Shown: piece after piece, positions 61,408 through 64,000 of the stretch
How the letters are laid out: every line of letters begins with the position of its first letter
How positions within the stretch are numbered: the first letter of the stretch is position 1
NCBI GenBank assembly: GCA_038087875.1
Contig: CM076002.1
Location: 62,001 to 126,000 of the forward strand
DNA length: 64,000 nucleotides
Direction of reading: 5' to 3'
Source of the DNA: Malacoraja senta
Lineage: Eukaryota
Notes under the pieces: model-generated
Seen by the model: the letters and a program-made list of their open reading frames with translations, nothing else
What the model was told of the DNA's origin: nothing
The model's database searches: none
Made by a program: the position numbers and the translations under genes

Positions 61408-61598
61408 TTCTACCTGGGTTCGCATCATCTCTGTCACAATGTCGCTTTTGATATGTCACAATTGATAGCTTATCTCAGTTTTAGCCAATGAAGAGATGCA
61501 TCAGAGGTATGCAAGAAATGCTGGTTACCAGTGACACCAGAATGTTGTGATATTTCTCCCAGTGCTCAGTTAGACTGATCTCGTCCCACACTGGGACC

Positions 61599-61776
61599 AT
61601 GGAACTGTCTCTGCTGCTCTCCCCCCTCCTCTCTCTCGCCTCCCACCCCCTCTGGTCCCTGGTCTGCCTCCTCCTCGTCGTGGTGCTCAGGTCCCAGAGG
61701 AGAGGTGGCTGGCAGCCGGCGAACTGTGCTGTGGATCTGAGCGGCAAGACGGCCATCGTCACAGGAGCCAACACAG
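61599..61776 (+). CDS. First coding exon (copy A) of an RDH11/12/DHRS13-like short-chain dehydrogenase
   Basis: accATGG; hydrophobic signal-anchor, then DLSGKTAIVTGANT G| with phase-1 donor gtaggg inside the TGxxxGxG motif. Confidence 0.8.
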
Positions 61777-63082
61777 GTAGGGGCGGCGGGGAGAAGGTGG
61801 GACTACAAGGCAAGGCTCAAACACACAACCTGATACTGCGTGGATTCATTACAGAGGTGGCTCATCAGTAGCTGTGTAGGACGTTGGCACGGCTGTGTAA
61901 GGAGGGCAGCGTGTAGTTCTGGTCACCGCTGTACAAGGAGGCTGGCATTAAGCAGGAGAGATTCATCATAATGTGATTCGGGTCGGCATAGTGACGTAGC
62001 GGTAGAGTTGCTGCCGACTGATGAACCAGGTGAGAGAGCGAGAGAGGGGGTGGGAGAGTTGGGAGAGTTGGGAGAGAGAGGGTGGGATAGATGGAGTGAG
62101 AGAGAGGAGTGGGAGGGAGAGTGGGAGATGGAGAGGGGGAGGGAGTGGGAGAGAGATAAAGAGAGAGAGAGAGAGGAGATGGAGAGAGGGAGAAAGAGAG
62201 AGAGAATGCTGCAGGCTCATTAAGTAAGAAAGAGTATTGGTATTGGTTTATTTTGGTCACATGTTTTGTTCCCTCTTGTGTCGGACGATGTAGCTCTCTG
62301 TTGGCTTCTGTCGTCCAACATGTTGACAGAATTGTCGCATGGCGTCGTCGCTTCCAGGGATCGCCACAAGGAGCCTTCTGTCGTGATGTATCAAGATAAC
62401 TGCAAAATAATTTGCTCGTGTGCTATCCGGTTACAACATGCTGTCCTCAAATATAATTAGGTCATAAACAGGTTATGCAAACAGAATAATACCAGACTGC
62501 AGAATATGGTCACAGAGTTAGACAGCACGGAAACAGGCCCTTCCTCCCAGCTCGGCCATGCTGACCAACGTGGCCCATCCTTGCTCCTTCCATTTGTTCG
62601 TGTTTGGACCATTTCCCTGTAAACATCTCACGTCCACATACCTGTCCAAGTGTCGTTTAAATGTTGTTATAGTCCCTGCCTCAACTACCTCTGGCAGTTG
62701 GTTCCATACACCCACCACCCTCTGTGTGAAAAAGTTACCGCTCAGTTTCCATCAAATCTATCGCCTCTAAAACCTACGTGATTCTTGATTCCCATACTCT
62801 GGGTAAAAGGCTCTCATAATTTTATACACCTCTGCCAGATCACCCCTCATCCTCCTGCACTCCAAGATTTTACCTGTAAAGTCTAAAGAATAACGTTGCA
62901 GCCGGCCCACCCTCTCCCTGTAGCTCAGGGTCCCGGGGGGGGGGGGGGAGGGGGTATTTGAGAACAGGAACCCCTTGGATTGGGAAGCCTCCTGTTGATG
63001 ACACTGTCCCTTTAAGAGTGGACTCGTCCTGGATTATGGCCAGCTCTGGCTGCTGACAGACATCTTGTCCCACACTGGGACC

Positions 63083-63260
63083 ATGGAGCTGTCTCTGCTG
63101 CTCTCCCCCCTCCTCTCTCTCGCGTCCCACCCCCTCTGGTCCCTGGTCTGCCTCCTCCTCGTCCTGGTGCTCAGGTCCCAGAGGAGAGGGCGCTGGCGGC
63201 CGGCGGATTGTCCTGTGGATCTGAGCGGCAAGACGGCCATCGTCACAGGAGCCAACACAG
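63083..63260 (+). CDS. First coding exon (copy B) of an RDH11/12/DHRS13-like short-chain dehydrogenase
   Basis: Same 178-nt structure, start context and donor as copy A; the rest of the gene presumably lies beyond the window. Confidence 0.85.
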
Positions 63261-63477
63261 GTAGGGGCGGACACAGGAAGGTGGGACTACAAGGCAAGGC
63301 TGGGCTCAAACACACAACCTGATACTGTGTGGATTCATTACAGAGGTGGCTCATCAGCAGCTGTGTAGGACGTTGGCACGGCTGTGTAAGGAGGGGAGCG
63401 TGTAGTTCTGATCATCGCTGTACAAGGAGGCTGGCATTATGTTGGAAAGGGTGCAGGAGAGATTCACCACGATGTGA

Positions 63478-63640
63478 TTAGGGTCGGCACAGTGACGCAG
63501 CGGTAGAGTTGCTGCCTATACAGTGCCAGAGACCCTGATGTAAAGTTGTCCCTAGTGTGCAGGATCGTGCGAGTGCATGGAGTGATCGCTGGTCAGCATG
63601 GACTCGGTGGGCCGAAGGGCCTGTTTCCAAGCTGAATGCG
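63478..63640 (+). mobile_element. Internally deleted HE1-type SINE (head also at ~61978-62015)
   Basis: ggcacagtgacgcagcggtagagttgctgcc head and gggccgaagggcctgtttcc tail. Confidence 0.7.
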
Positions 63641-64000
63641 TAAAGTATGTATGACGTTACCTGGGCTTGCAGGCTTGAGTTAGAGTGTGGAGTGCAGGGT
63701 GGAGCTCTCAGCTCTGTCGAGCAACAGTCCACGGACAAAGTCCAATGTCCACAATGGGGAAGAGGTGACTCTGCCAGTTCACAGCTGCTTTAAATGTCCC
63801 CTGTAATCTGTCCCCTAAATCGAGAGTACACTGTCCTTTCACTCAGGAGTACATCTCTATACCTCCCCGGACACGTACCCTCAAACTCTGGAGTGGTGCA
63901 CAAAGTGCGGGAGGAATGGGTGACACCATCAAAGTGTGGCTCCCTGGGCTTGTGGGCTTGAGTTACAGGGAGACGCTGCATAGGCTGGGACTTTGTTCTC

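Overview
Repeat-dense vertebrate genomic DNA, most likely a skate/ray (elasmobranch): HE1-type tRNA-derived SINEs and HER1/CR1 LINE 3' ends occur throughout. Most of the window is decayed or nested mobile DNA: a BEL/Pao LTR element, two Mag-type Gypsy elements, an ERV-like solo LTR, many CR1, Rex1/Babar and L2 fragments, several non-autonomous TIR elements, and a 5-kb GA-rich satellite beside a 200-N gap. Host-gene content has three parts. (1) A URGCP/GVIN1-like very large inducible GTPase ORF (30113-33940), open for about 1255 native codons, while its ancestral C-terminal ~370 codons carry three frameshifts. It is followed by a partial tandem duplicate split by a Gypsy element. (2) The terminal coding exon of a WDR54-like gene (53713-53844, missed by the ORF track). 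(3) Two tandem, intact copies of the first coding exon of an RDH11/12/DHRS13-like dehydrogenase. There is also a CpG island with splice donors on both strands and an inverted-duplicated module carrying ISRE/RUNX/E-box motifs. I found no clearly new biological system; the best leads are the apparently C-terminally truncated GVIN-type GTPase and its possible interferon-responsive control region. All family assignments come from motifs recognised by eye, not from database searches, and many repeat boundaries are approximate.
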